A DNA stretch of 64,000 nucleotides. Source: a virus. Its lineage: Duplodnaviria > Heunggongvirae > Uroviricota > Caudoviricetes. Location of the stretch: IMG/VR virus record IMGVR_UViG_3300044680_000064, positions 9,632 through 73,631 of that record; one strand, written 5' to 3'. Each line of letters begins with the position of its first letter. The first letter of the stretch is position 1. This document shows, one piece after another, positions 1 to 9,614 of the stretch. Made by a program: the position numbers and the translations under genes. The notes beneath the pieces were generated by a model. It saw only the letters and a list, made by a program, of their open reading frames with translations, was not told the DNA's origin and ran no database searches.

Positions 1-131
1 GATCGCCGGGCCGGTGACGCCGATCCGCCGGCCGAGCTCGATGCGGGAGATGGACTTCTCGTGGCAGAGTCGTTCCAGTCGTTGCCCGAAGGACTCGCGG
101 TGCGGCGGCGCACTGATTGGCATGGTCTGTT

Positions 132-425
132 TCATGACAAAACTCCAGTCAGTTTCTTGACCGGCTTAACGCTCTTCGTCACTTCGATCGGCAGGAGTGC
201 CGGGAAGTGCCCGACCTGGAAGCGGAACCGCTGCCAGTGCTTGTGGACGAGCTTCTGGTCGTTTTCGGCGATGCGAAAGAAGTCCCAGCGCTTATCGCGG
301 CGATCTTCGAGTTCCTTGTCGCCGTATGTCAGGTGCGGCACGAACTGCTCTCGCATTGCGTAGCGACGGATCGCGGCGTCAACAGCGGACCACTTCAACC
401 GCTTCTGGCGTGACTTGATGCCCAT
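132..425 (-). CDS. hypothetical protein (97 aa)
   Basis: ATG at 423-425 overlaps the TAA of the upstream minus-strand gene (TAATG coupling). The ORF is open to TGA at 132-134. Confidence 0.4.
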   Translation of the reverse strand: MGIKSRQKRLKWSAVDAAIRRYAMREQFVPHLTYGDKELEDRRDKRWDFFRIAENDQKLVHKHWQRFRFQVGHFPALLPIEVTKSVKPVKKLTGVLS

Positions 426-649
426 TACACGATTCTCCTTGTCTTCCACGGGTCTGTCGCCTGCGCGTTCTTTACCTTCGCGGTTGGAGTCTGAACCCAT
501 ATCGCGTGCCTGCAAGTAGGGCACACCTCGGTCTTGGATTCCTCGCCGTCCATTTCGGCCGAGGTCAGCTCGATCTCGCAGCCGCAGTTCTTGCATTCGC
601 CGCGGCCGGACTCTTTGACTGGCAATCGACCTTGCTTGATGATCTTCAC
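425..649 (-). CDS. small zinc-ribbon protein (74 aa)
   Basis: CxxC...CxxC pattern (CKNCGC...CPTCRH). Part of a minus-strand operon. Confidence 0.45.
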   Translation of the reverse strand: MKIIKQGRLPVKESGRGECKNCGCEIELTSAEMDGEESKTEVCPTCRHAIWVQTPTAKVKNAQATDPWKTRRIV

Positions 650-942
650 GTCGGCACCTCACTGAATTTGAAGCGGACGGAGGTGTTCTTCCAGTTCGAC
701 TACCGTCCAGCGTGGATAGTTGTCTTACTACGCTCCGCCCGCTTCGTGGTCACTTCCATTTGTCTTCATGGTCGTTCTGGGTTTGCAGAACCGCTTGCGC
801 TATCGACGCTTCGACGCCCAGGACTTTCGGCATCTCCCAGTCGCCATCCGGGCTCCCTTCGGGAACGCCCCTGCTCCAGACTTGGACAATGATATCGGTT
901 CGAGTCCGGAAGACGCGTATCCAGTTCTGGCCACGTTTTTCA

Positions 943-1341
943 TCAATGACCGGCTTCGGCGCTTTCGCCATCGTCATTCTCCTCTGTCAGTTGTCGTTCG
1001 GCCTCACGGTACAGTTCGATCGCTACCGAGACGGCCTTTTTGACGCCGTTGAATTCATCGAATCGTTGCGAGTCCGGGTCATAGAAGCCGGACGCGATAT
1101 GCGCGATATCGCTCGGATCGACACCGTAGCATGCGTCTTCGTCGCCGGCCTCGCACGACGTAAGCGGCTCGCCGCAGTTGTCGCAGAGTTCAACGTCGTC
1201 TCGAAGCGATGCCATGTATTCGGCGACGTAGTCGTGGAGCTCAATCATGGCCGAGATCTTGTCGGACTTCTCGGACTTTGAATCGGCGTTGATATTGTCG
1301 ATTGCGGCTTTCGCTTCATCGACCCATGTAACGTCGGACAT
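943..1341 (-). CDS. acidic hypothetical protein (132 aa)
   Basis: Long ORF with a D/E-rich product. The GTCGTAGAAT motif lies 78 nt upstream on the minus strand. Confidence 0.45.
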   Translation of the reverse strand: MSDVTWVDEAKAAIDNINADSKSEKSDKISAMIELHDYVAEYMASLRDDVELCDNCGEPLTSCEAGDEDACYGVDPSDIAHIASGFYDPDSQRFDEFNGVKKAVSVAIELYREAERQLTEENDDGESAEAGH

Positions 1342-1419
1342 TCATCGCTCCGTGTTTGAAATAAGGCAGGGCGGCTCTTTTCGGTCAATTCGCCTACCGC
1401 CCCGCCTTTGCCGAATTGA

Positions 1420-1429
1420 ATTCTACGAC
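1420..1429 (-). promoter_or_regulatory. GTCGTAGAAT promoter-like motif (minus strand)
   Basis: Plus strand reads attctacgac. Lies upstream of the 943-1341 minus gene. Confidence 0.4.
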
Positions 1430-1992
1430 GGAAGCACTGGCTCGGTCGAGATTTTCTCGCAGAACCACTTGATTGCGTGCAGACACCAGAGAAATCGGTA
1501 GGCGTAATCCTCGCACGATGGCATGTCGCATCCATCCCAGATTCCGGATTCGTGCATCGCCTTGATAGTCTCATTGGCGTCGCCATCCCAAGTGTCGTGA
1601 TGCAGGCGAATCTCAAGTATCTTTTCGCGATTGTCCGGATTTTCTTCGAGCACCTCTTTCATTTCCTTATCGAAACACTCCGAGCTAAACTCGCGGATGC
1701 CGTCATCGCATGATGCGATGCACTTCTCGGCCGCGTAGTAGTAATCCCTGCAAGCTGAGCGCATAAAGGCAACCATATCGTCAGTGCGACGAAACAAGTA
1801 ATCACCCATGTCGCCGGTGTAGCAAAGGCTGCCAGGCCAAGTCACGATATGGAAGCTCATGTCCGAGCTGCTGGGCTTGCCGCATCGCCAGTGTCGATAC
1901 AAGCCGGCGCTGTGCCGTTGCTCAATGACATGCTCCGCAAGGTCTTTGTCGATCCTCTCCTTGACCATCGCTTCATTTTTCGACATTCTCAT
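1423..1992 (-). CDS. hypothetical protein (189 aa)
   Basis: 189-aa ORF. Diverges from the plus-strand gene block that starts near 2014. Confidence 0.45.
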   Translation of the reverse strand: MRMSKNEAMVKERIDKDLAEHVIEQRHSAGLYRHWRCGKPSSSDMSFHIVTWPGSLCYTGDMGDYLFRRTDDMVAFMRSACRDYYYAAEKCIASCDDGIREFSSECFDKEMKEVLEENPDNREKILEIRLHHDTWDGDANETIKAMHESGIWDGCDMPSCEDYAYRFLWCLHAIKWFCEKISTEPVLPS

Positions 1993-2294
1993 TCGATTCT
2001 CCCATAGTGCACAGTGAGCATTATATTACGGCGCTGGCTGAACTTGCACGATTTTTCGGACGACCGTAAAATTTATCAGATGTACGAACAGACACTACTC
2101 GAAGAGCGTATCCACAAACTCGAAGAGATGAATCGTTCGCTGGTCAGGATCATCGACCAAAAGAACGGAGACATCGAGAAGCGTGACGAGGCGCTCATTG
2201 CCTGGTGCCGTTTCGGCTTGGCCTACTTGGAAAACTGGCAAAAGACTATCCGAACCAAAGCACGTAAAAATGCGTGCAACAAGACATTGGACGC

Positions 2295-3074
2295 ATGGGA
2301 ACCAACAAGCGAAGCAAGGCCGCCACAAGGCTGACTCCAGAGCTCGAAGCGAAGATTCTTGAAACCCTGAACTCCGAAGAGTGGAAGAACCGCTCCACGA
2401 ACGCCATCTCCGCGCACCTCCAGTTGTCCTACAAAATAATCCGCACCGTTCGCACAAAGCACAATCTAAAGCCCAAACGCATCGAACTCGAACACGGCGG
2501 TCAGATGCGAGCCGGGCATATCGGCACGGACAAGGGCCGGCAAGAGCCGCTTACTATCCGCGAACGACAGCGCATGGAAGAGGCCGAGCCGATGGTTCAG
2601 AGACTGGCCCGCGGTGCCGCGAATGGCACCTTGAGCTATGACCAGCTGATAGACGTGGCGCATGACACAATCGAGATAGCGGCGCGCAAGTGGGATCCAA
2701 GTGAAGGCAGAGGCTGGATGACGTATGCGGGCAATGGCATCCGCATGGCGATCAAGCAGGCATTTTGGCGTCGGCGCCAGCAGCTCGAGGTCGAGCGAGT
2801 CTTTTCCGGCGACGACTGTGCCGAGAACCACATTGATGAGAAGTTCGAAGATGACAGGCGGGCGTTTTTGCGTGAACGAATTCGCGGACTGCCGCCACTT
2901 CCACGTCTGATATGCGAGAAGATCATCTTGCTGGCGAGCGAGGGGTGTCAGAGCAAGAAACCGGAGACGTTGGCGAAAGAGGTTGCCATGTTCTGGGATC
3001 GTTCGTTAGAATGGGCCAATCGACAAATCGAGATTGCACGACAACTACTTCTTCAAGGAGATTCCCGTGAGTGA
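2295..3074 (+). CDS. sigma-70 family RNA polymerase sigma factor
   Basis: Region 2-like WMTYAGNGIRMAIKQAF and a C-terminal HTH-like segment. The ORF track starts at 2274; ATG 2295 (MGTNKRS) is the chosen start. Confidence 0.65.
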   Translation: MGTNKRSKAATRLTPELEAKILETLNSEEWKNRSTNAISAHLQLSYKIIRTVRTKHNLKPKRIELEHGGQMRAGHIGTDKGRQEPLTIRERQRMEEAEPMVQRLARGAANGTLSYDQLIDVAHDTIEIAARKWDPSEGRGWMTYAGNGIRMAIKQAFWRRRQQLEVERVFSGDDCAENHIDEKFEDDRRAFLRERIRGLPPLPRLICEKIILLASEGCQSKKPETLAKEVAMFWDRSLEWANRQIEIARQLLLQGDSRE

Positions 3075-3486
3075 AACCAAGAGCAAGACTGCGGACAGCT
3101 TGGCCAAGCAAGCCGAAGCGATGGGTCTGACGGCCACGGCGACGCTCAAGGAGCCGAGCCCGGAGTCAGAGTTCGAGCGTAAACTGGCCTCTAATCCATT
3201 CGAAGGCGCACTTGTCGGTCGGCCAATCGGCAACATGCCGGCATCACCAGGCGCTGGCCTGTTGGGCGGTTGGTCGCCGGACGTTAAGCCAGGTCGCGAG
3301 GCGTTGATGTACCTTGAGGGCGGCGCGATCATGCTGCTCTACATCCCCGGCGATCTTGACGCCGACACCGTGCTGTCGTCAATTGGCAAGGATTACGCTA
3401 ATCGCTCGACTCAGCAGCGATTCAAGGGATTTCTCATTCCCGAACGATGCAGCGCCAGAATCTTCCATTCAGGCCGGCAGTCCTGA
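3067..3486 (+). CDS. hypothetical protein
   Basis: GTG start overlaps the sigma-gene stop. ORF 3034-3486. Confidence 0.3.
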   Translation: MSETKSKTADSLAKQAEAMGLTATATLKEPSPESEFERKLASNPFEGALVGRPIGNMPASPGAGLLGGWSPDVKPGREALMYLEGGAIMLLYIPGDLDADTVLSSIGKDYANRSTQQRFKGFLIPERCSARIFHSGRQS

Positions 3487-3501
3487 ACCGACAAGGAGTA
3501 A

Positions 3502-4107
3502 GTGATGCTGAACGGGCATGTCGTCTTGCACCTGTGGCGGGATGACGTCGATGACAAGTTCTTCTCGCTCCACTTCGAAACCGAGGGCGGCGAAGCGGTC
3601 GCGGTGAAGAAGCTGCGTGCCGCCGCGAACAAGCACCTGCACGAGCAGTTCGAGTTCAGGAGCTTGCGCTCATACGACATTCCGGACGGCCACGATGTCA
3701 CAAGCGATAATCCCGGCGTGCTGCGAGCAGAATATCCGCTCATGGGACCACCGGAACTTCCGCCGCCGCCGCCAACGGACGACGACGCTGACGGCGTGCT
3801 CGCTCCACCGGAGAACATGCAGGCGCCGGGTGCGGCCGGCATTCGGAAAGCCAAGGCGGAATCGCCAAAGCGGGCCGCGATCAACGGTGCTATGAAGCGG
3901 CTTGCCGACAACCCGCCAAAGGTCGAGATACAAAATATGCCCAAAACGTCTGGGCAACATATTTCCGTCGTATCATGTATACGGTGTGGCGGGGGCCACG
4001 ACGACCTTGCTTTGTACGCACTGAACAACGCGCCAGCGACCATCTCCGGCTGGGCGACCTGCCCGGAGACCGGCCAGCCCATGTTTGTTCGGACTGAAGT
4101 GATCTGA
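3502..4107 (+). CDS. hypothetical protein (201 aa), proline-rich middle
   Basis: Uninterrupted ORF. A PPPPP linker separates two halves. Confidence 0.4.
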   Translation: MMLNGHVVLHLWRDDVDDKFFSLHFETEGGEAVAVKKLRAAANKHLHEQFEFRSLRSYDIPDGHDVTSDNPGVLRAEYPLMGPPELPPPPPTDDDADGVLAPPENMQAPGAAGIRKAKAESPKRAAINGAMKRLADNPPKVEIQNMPKTSGQHISVVSCIRCGGGHDDLALYALNNAPATISGWATCPETGQPMFVRTEVI

Positions 4108-4117
4108 TTCTTCACAA

Positions 4118-4438
4118 TTGAGGTTCATCGCAATGAATGTCAAGAATGTTCGAACTATGCCTCTTCGTATCCCGAACGAGGATAGTACTGGAGTAGCGCA
4201 GGTCTCGCCACGTTGCGCAGATTTGCGGAGCTATTTGATTGCGCTCCGCGACAAATTAAAGCTAAACAACGGCGCAATTGCAGCACTTCATAGTAGCGTC
4301 GCTTCCTGCCCATGTGGCAGCGGTGAACTAACAGACAAGCCGGAAAGGGAGCCACTCATTGAGGTTGCCGCCGAGTGTCTTCGGATTGTCGAAGAATCAT
4401 TGAATCAGCTTGAATCTATCCGATCAGTAATCGGATAA
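4118..4438 (+). CDS. hypothetical protein (106 aa)
   Basis: ORF in the co-directional gene block. Confidence 0.35.
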   Translation: MRFIAMNVKNVRTMPLRIPNEDSTGVAQVSPRCADLRSYLIALRDKLKLNNGAIAALHSSVASCPCGSGELTDKPEREPLIEVAAECLRIVEESLNQLESIRSVIG

Positions 4439-4567
4439 TCATAGCAGGCATATTCCCGACTCCTTTTAGTTGGGGATCACGCCCCCGGCCGCTGACAACG
4501 GCGCGGGGGCATTAACAGACAGTGATCGCAGGCATCGCGAGCACGATGGAACCAAGGACGTAACGCC

Positions 4568-4852
4568 ATGTCGCATATCATATTGGACGAGCGCAAGGTC
4601 AAAAAAATCATCACCGACTACGCGAAGGATCGGAACTTCGCTGAAGAAGGCGAGGTGCTCGGTCCCGTGGCGATCGAGGTGCTCGACGGCAACGCGATCC
4701 AGATAGCGATCGAGATTCTGAGCCAGGAAGAGCTAAACGCCGCGGCTGGCGACGCCAGTGGGGCGCAAGACGCCTTCGATGATTCGGTGATTGAGCCGCC
4801 AGCAGTGATACCGTTTCCGCCACCATCCGGGCCAGGGCAATACAATGCGTAA
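4568..4852 (+). CDS. hypothetical protein (94 aa)
   Basis: ORF on the same strand as its neighbours. Confidence 0.35.
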   Translation: MSHIILDERKVKKIITDYAKDRNFAEEGEVLGPVAIEVLDGNAIQIAIEILSQEELNAAAGDASGAQDAFDDSVIEPPAVIPFPPPSGPGQYNA

Positions 4853-4911
4853 GCAACCACCAACGCCGACAACCAACAGCCGCCCATCATGGGCAGACAG
4901 GACGACAGGCC

Positions 4912-5481
4912 ATGATTAACTGCAAGTCTTTTACCGTCACTAACATGGGCGTTCCAGTTCAGCTCCAGGTGTATCCCAATTACACGACCAACCAAGCTGA
5001 GAGCGTCTTCGTTGATGGAAAATTCGTCAGCGTCGAGCTGGAGTCTGATCGCGAGGTAGGCATCCGTCAGTCATGGAGAAGCCGCATCAACATCAGTGTC
5101 CACGAGAAAGTGGCCGAAAAGATGCGACAAAACACAGACTGCGGCGTCGTCATTAGGCAAGGCGGTCCATTCAAAGTCCGCGGCATTGATTTCATGCACG
5201 TCGAGGTTGGCGAATCAGGCGTTGATCCGTGGCGAGAAAATGGCGAGTTCGTCGAGCGAGTCCTTATCGAACTCAGGACTGATCTCAAGCAGGGCGCACT
5301 TCTCAACAACGCCGCCGTCAGCCGCGAGTGGGCGCAATTGTTTCTGACTCCAGAAGAAGCCAAGGGATTTTATCTCGGACTCGGAATCAATTTTGAGTTG
5401 ATGGTCGGTATCAGTCTTCGCGACAGGCCGAGCCCAATCCGCCCAATTCCATACGGCTCGGCAGGAGTAGCCAGTGAGTGA
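4912..5481 (+). CDS. hypothetical protein (189 aa)
   Basis: ORF. Confidence 0.4.
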   Translation: MINCKSFTVTNMGVPVQLQVYPNYTTNQAESVFVDGKFVSVELESDREVGIRQSWRSRINISVHEKVAEKMRQNTDCGVVIRQGGPFKVRGIDFMHVEVGESGVDPWRENGEFVERVLIELRTDLKQGALLNNAAVSREWAQLFLTPEEAKGFYLGLGINFELMVGISLRDRPSPIRPIPYGSAGVASE

Positions 5482-5800
5482 CCACCAGAAATTTGTTCTA
5501 ATCCAGACATGCAGCGGCTGCCCAGAGCAGTATGACGTCTATTTGAACAAAGAATGCGTTGGTTATCTTCGTTTGCGACACGGATCATTCACCGCCAACG
5601 TTTTTGCACCCAAAACGGCTTGTACATGGGAAGAGGTCTATTCGGCGAGCCCGGCTGGCGACGGCATATTTGAACCGGATGAGCGTGAGAGATACCTGAA
5701 CGAAGCGTGCTACGCAATCCGAGCCTGTATCGAGAAAAAGCCACGCGAGCAACTGCCGGTTATCTTCGAGATCGGAACCAAAATCGACGCGTCGGAGTGA
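5474..5800 (+). CDS. hypothetical protein (108 aa)
   Basis: ORF overlapping the upstream stop by 8 nt. Confidence 0.35.
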   Translation: MSDHQKFVLIQTCSGCPEQYDVYLNKECVGYLRLRHGSFTANVFAPKTACTWEEVYSASPAGDGIFEPDERERYLNEACYAIRACIEKKPREQLPVIFEIGTKIDASE

Positions 5801-5803
5801 GCC

Positions 5804-6421
5804 ATGAGTCAATCAAGAGATTGGTTTGATACGGTGTTTGCAGGCATCATTATTTGTCTGGTCGTCAGCGGCTGCATCAACGGATCAACCGACAGAAGGA
5901 TCAACGCCACAGACGCCAAGATCGAGCAGCTCGACCGCAAAACCGACGAGATCCTCAAAATCGCCAAGAAGTTCACCGCGGCAGCGCCAGCAAGAATAAA
6001 GATCCCTCTTGAAGAACCTTTACGGTCGCAGATCAATGCCGCGTTGGCGGCAGTGCCAGAGGGAACCGTCAGACTTACGATTCGTGGAATTGTTCCTCCG
6101 CGCGACCGAGAAGTCGTATCCGGAATAAGCGTGTTTCTGAACTGCCGTGAGGCGAATTCGGAAACTTCGACTTCTTCGCCCAATTTTGTTGGCACGCGCG
6201 AATTCAATCAGTCGGAAACACAGGCATTCAACATTAATCTGACACCTGCGCTTTTGGCTTTGAGAAATGACGGCAAATTGGAATTGAAGAATCAGCTTTG
6301 GATTACGCTTGTGGCATATCCGGCGAAGGCTGAGGTGAAAATCCCGAAGGATTTTTCAATTTCCTTCGGTGAAGTGACGGTCACGGTCCCAAAAGCTAAA
6401 GGCGGCCCGTGGGACAAGTGA
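5804..6421 (+). CDS. putative lipoprotein
   Basis: N-terminal hydrophobic stretch ends in a lipobox-like LVVSGC. Confidence 0.5.
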   Translation: MSQSRDWFDTVFAGIIICLVVSGCINGSTDRRINATDAKIEQLDRKTDEILKIAKKFTAAAPARIKIPLEEPLRSQINAALAAVPEGTVRLTIRGIVPPRDREVVSGISVFLNCREANSETSTSSPNFVGTREFNQSETQAFNINLTPALLALRNDGKLELKNQLWITLVAYPAKAEVKIPKDFSISFGEVTVTVPKAKGGPWDK

Positions 6422-6735
6422 ATGATAATGAGGCATTTCTGATTCTGGCGAACGACTGTCCTGGATCGCTAAGCACGTTTGATATAGTACCACATCCGTC
6501 AGCGGTCGCGGCGTCGCCGTGTAGATCATTTGGCGGATTATGCCTTGATCTTCAGTAAGGTCAGTGCCGTCAGGGCGGAAGTGGATTGCGTCCCACACTC
6601 CCGAGCCGTTGAGTCGTGCCATGACTTGGGCTTCCCTTCTGCCGACGTTAAATTCCCGTTACCAGCGTCACGTCAGTCTTCGGAGTCGTTCCGGTCATTG
6701 CGATTCCTTCGCCTCGGAAAACAAGGAATAGGATC

Positions 6736-7161
6736 ATGTTACGACGCAAGTTCTTAAAATCAGTATTCGCTGGCATTGGCGGATTGGCTGCCGCGGCCAT
6801 CGTGCCAAAAAAGTCGTTCGCCTCCATCTACCAGAAGTGCGCCGGCAAGTACAATTTTGGCGACAGATTTGAGATGCGGTCCCTTCAGGTCGGAGCTGGC
6901 AGGCCGCCATGCGTCTTCACGATCACCGACGTGCCATTCTCGATCCTGGAGAGTATGAACGGCAGCCCCTGCGCAGCCACTGTCGGCCTGCAATCAATCC
7001 TCGGGCTGAGGCTGTTGAAGGTCAATGTATGCCGCTTTACGCCGACACTGCCCGCAGATGGGAAAACACGGTGCGACATCGAGCTTCACTTCGATAGCGA
7101 CGAAAGACTGATCGCACTGGTTCCGAAAGAGCAGAACGTTCCCGCCGAAGGAACACATTGA
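6736..7161 (+). CDS. Tat-signal secreted protein
   Basis: Twin-arginine motif RRKFLK followed by AGIGGLAAAA. Confidence 0.5.
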   Translation: MLRRKFLKSVFAGIGGLAAAAIVPKKSFASIYQKCAGKYNFGDRFEMRSLQVGAGRPPCVFTITDVPFSILESMNGSPCAATVGLQSILGLRLLKVNVCRFTPTLPADGKTRCDIELHFDSDERLIALVPKEQNVPAEGTH

Positions 7162-7377
7162 TGAAAGAAGACCAGTTCGAGTTCGACGACCGACACCAGG
7201 CCATCGCCGAAACAAATCGGCACTCCGTAAGTCCTAATTGCATCTCCGCCCGCCTGACCTTGAAAGACGGAAAGTTCATCGTTACAGTCAAGTATGTGGA
7301 AGAAGGCGAGTTTACTCCGGCCGAACTCGCCAGATATTACGCGACCGGAATACTCGAAAAACTACCAGTTCCAAGCA

Positions 7378-8070
7378 ATGGCACGGACGGCAATCAGCCA
7401 AATCCCGACTGATATCGCCAAAGAACTCACCCCAAAACAACGCGAGTTCCTACGCCTCTGCGTCGCCCGCGGTGCCAGCACTTCCGATGGCGTCATGATG
7501 CAATGTTATCTAGACGCAGGCTTCAAAGTAAATATTGATTCAGCACGCTCTTGCGGGAATAGATTGCTCCGTTCTGTGCATGCAAAAGCATATCTTGCTG
7601 AACTGCATAGACTTAAAGAAGATGCGGCCGTCGAGCGCATGAAAAGAGAGTGGCTCGAAAGCCTTGAAGAACGTCGCGTGCTGGCCCATTACGATCCCGC
7701 TGACCTGTACGACGAAGAAGGTAATCTACTGCCTCTCAAGGACATGCCGAGCACCGTGCGAAAAGCCATTACTGGCGTGCGGATGAATAAAAAGGGAACG
7801 AAGCTCATTGGCGTTCAGCTGGACAAGAAGCACCAGCACCTTGACGTGATCGAAGACAAATACAGCCTGATGCCGGATAACAAGCGGATCCCGGAGAAGC
7901 TCGAGATTTCTGGCGGGCTGACGGTCGAAGCGCTTCAACCTCGGGACCAGAGGCTAAAGATCATCGACGATGTTATCGCGCGCTGGGAAGCGGAGAAGGC
8001 CGGTGCTGAGAAAGTGACCGACACTACGCCACAAGCCTCCCTACCAGCCCATGAAAGTCCTGGAAGTTGA
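7378..8070 (+). CDS. terminase small subunit-like protein (Terminase_2 type)
   Basis: LTPKQREFLRLCVARGASTSDGVMMQCYLDAGF...SARSCGNRLLRSVHAKAYL matches the terminase small-subunit HTH motif. ATG at 7378 lies inside ORF 7294-8070. Confidence 0.55.
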   Translation: MARTAISQIPTDIAKELTPKQREFLRLCVARGASTSDGVMMQCYLDAGFKVNIDSARSCGNRLLRSVHAKAYLAELHRLKEDAAVERMKREWLESLEERRVLAHYDPADLYDEEGNLLPLKDMPSTVRKAITGVRMNKKGTKLIGVQLDKKHQHLDVIEDKYSLMPDNKRIPEKLEISGGLTVEALQPRDQRLKIIDDVIARWEAEKAGAEKVTDTTPQASLPAHESPGS

Positions 8071-8809
8071 GCTCGCGTCGATGCCGCATCATCTGGCAAT
8101 CGAGCGCGTGTATGAACGCCGGGCACTCCCGCAAGTCATTTAGAGCACGCTCTTTAATCTGACGCACCCGCTCCTTTGTAACGCCAAGCTCTTTGCCCAT
8201 CGACTCTAGCGTTCGATCTTCGAAAATGCACTCGCGGATGATTTGAATCTCGCGGCCGGTCAGGACCAATGACATGAGAGCGATAAGCTCGGCCTTGATC
8301 TTTGGCTCCTCGTCGTCGCTATACTCGTTGCCTGGCCCACGCGAGTCGAATACCTCGAGCGCTGATGCGTCGTAATGATTTCTCAAGGCTCCGTGCATCA
8401 TCTCGCTCATGTCGATGACGACACGGTACTTGAATCGTTTGTCTGTGGTCCTTGCACAGATTCGGAAGTCCGATGACTGGATCCCTTCTCGAATAGCCCC
8501 GCGGATGCACCAGGATGCGTAGGTCGAGAACTTGATCGGCTTGCCGTCTTTTGGATTTGTTCGAGTCGGATCGAATTTGCGAGCGGCCGCGCAGAGCCCG
8601 ATCCAGGCGGTATCGAGAATGTCTTCGTAGACGCAGAGCCGCTTGGCGTGGAAGTGTGTGTGCGAGTAAGAGAATGAGACGATATACGAAGCGTGTGTCA
8701 TCGCGATTTGACGCGCGAGCCCCTGATTGTCGATGACGAGCCTTTGCTGCTCGGGAGTGAGACGGTGGGTTTGCTTGACTGCGGCCTCTTCGCCACCAAT
8801 ACTGTCCAT
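8024..8809 (-). CDS. sigma-70 family RNA polymerase sigma factor
   Basis: Region 2 (FSTYASWCIRGAIREGI) and region 4 (LTGREIQIIRECIFEDRTLESMGKELGVTKERVRQIKERAL). ATG at 8807-8809 with an AAGGAG RBS. The 3' end overlaps the convergent TerS 3' end. Confidence 0.7.
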   Translation of the reverse strand: MDSIGGEEAAVKQTHRLTPEQQRLVIDNQGLARQIAMTHASYIVSFSYSHTHFHAKRLCVYEDILDTAWIGLCAAARKFDPTRTNPKDGKPIKFSTYASWCIRGAIREGIQSSDFRICARTTDKRFKYRVVIDMSEMMHGALRNHYDASALEVFDSRGPGNEYSDDEEPKIKAELIALMSLVLTGREIQIIRECIFEDRTLESMGKELGVTKERVRQIKERALNDLRECPAFIHALDCQMMRHRRELNFQDFHGLVGRLVA

Positions 8810-8858
8810 TGCTTCTCCTTCTCTTGTGCCGGTGCGATCCACGAAGTCCACCGGCACT

Positions 8859-8868
8859 ATTCTACCAC
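8859..8868 (-). promoter_or_regulatory. GTGGTAGAAT variant of the promoter motif (minus strand)
   Basis: About 50 nt upstream of the sigma ATG. Confidence 0.3.
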
Positions 8869-9065
8869 TTGACTTGACCAGCCTGCTGCTTGGCCAATAT
8901 CCTGCCAACGGTTGCTAGTATTTCTCTGCCAAGAATTTTACGGCACTGTTGGCACAAGTCTCCTCGCCATAGCGTTGTTTCGTGCTGAGTCACAGCATAC
9001 ATCGAGATTTTTACCGGCAAGCCCTTCGCCGCTTTAGTCTCGGTGCAGAAATCACAAATCGTCAT
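8862..9065 (-). CDS. small Cys-rich protein (67 aa)
   Basis: CDFC...CQQC pattern. Confidence 0.35.
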   Translation of the reverse strand: MTICDFCTETKAAKGLPVKISMYAVTQHETTLWRGDLCQQCRKILGREILATVGRILAKQQAGQVKW

Positions 9066-9072
9066 GTTATCC

Positions 9073-9321
9073 TCAAATCTGGTAGTCGATCAAAGCCAAT
9101 TCAGCGTCAGTATAGTGCCTAAATAGCGTCGTGTTTCCGCTCCCCTGCGTCGAACAGTGGCACAGGTACTTGCCGCCATGATTTATGGGCTGTTCGCACA
9201 TAAAGAGGCGACCGCCGCAATTCGGGCATTTGAGCGACTCGGGCGCATCGGCTGTCCAGTGTACTACGGTGAAGTTCGTGTGATTTGGCATCATGCTAGA
9301 ATGCTCCACAAGAACTTGCAC
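9073..9321 (-). CDS. zinc-ribbon protein (82 aa)
   Basis: CPNCGG...CHC pattern. Confidence 0.35.
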   Translation of the reverse strand: MQVLVEHSSMMPNHTNFTVVHWTADAPESLKCPNCGGRLFMCEQPINHGGKYLCHCSTQGSGNTTLFRHYTDAELALIDYQI

Positions 9322-9614
9322 GCGACATGCAAAAGCTGGTCGTCTTTGAACGACGTTACGCTCTCACATTTTACGACGTCGATGATAAAGTGGGCCACGA
9401 ATTCGGCAAGACCGAGCCAAATGTTTCCTGTCACGAGAGCCACGGCGCCTGCGTGGATGAGGCAGTGCATCGCCATCAACCACCACCAGGGCATGCCAGG
9501 AAATGCCGTGTGCTTGCTTTTCCCTTTGGCCAAGAAGTCGCCCTGCAACGGAAAGTCGCATAGCGCGTGGGCGACCATGAGGTAGAAGAGCGTGCGAATC
9601 ATGACTTGAGCCAC
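9291..9614 (-). CDS. small integral membrane protein (DUF3307-like?)
   Basis: Hydrophobic segments. The family call from the HALCDFPLQ motif is a memory-based guess. Confidence 0.4.
   Translation of the reverse strand: MAQVMIRTLFYLMVAHALCDFPLQGDFLAKGKSKHTAFPGMPWWWLMAMHCLIHAGAVALVTGNIWLGLAEFVAHFIIDVVKCESVTSFKDDQLLHVACKFLWSILA

Noticed and set aside
3411-4115. Long antisense ORFs, e.g. 3411-4115(-), 9157-9585(+), 19050-19608(-), 21060-21689(-), 31452-32312(-), 52466-53035(-), 57453-58673(-), 58734-59282(-)
   Set aside because: They lie opposite genes with clear family signatures and have Arg/Pro/Ala-rich low-complexity products typical of spurious ORFs in high-GC DNA.
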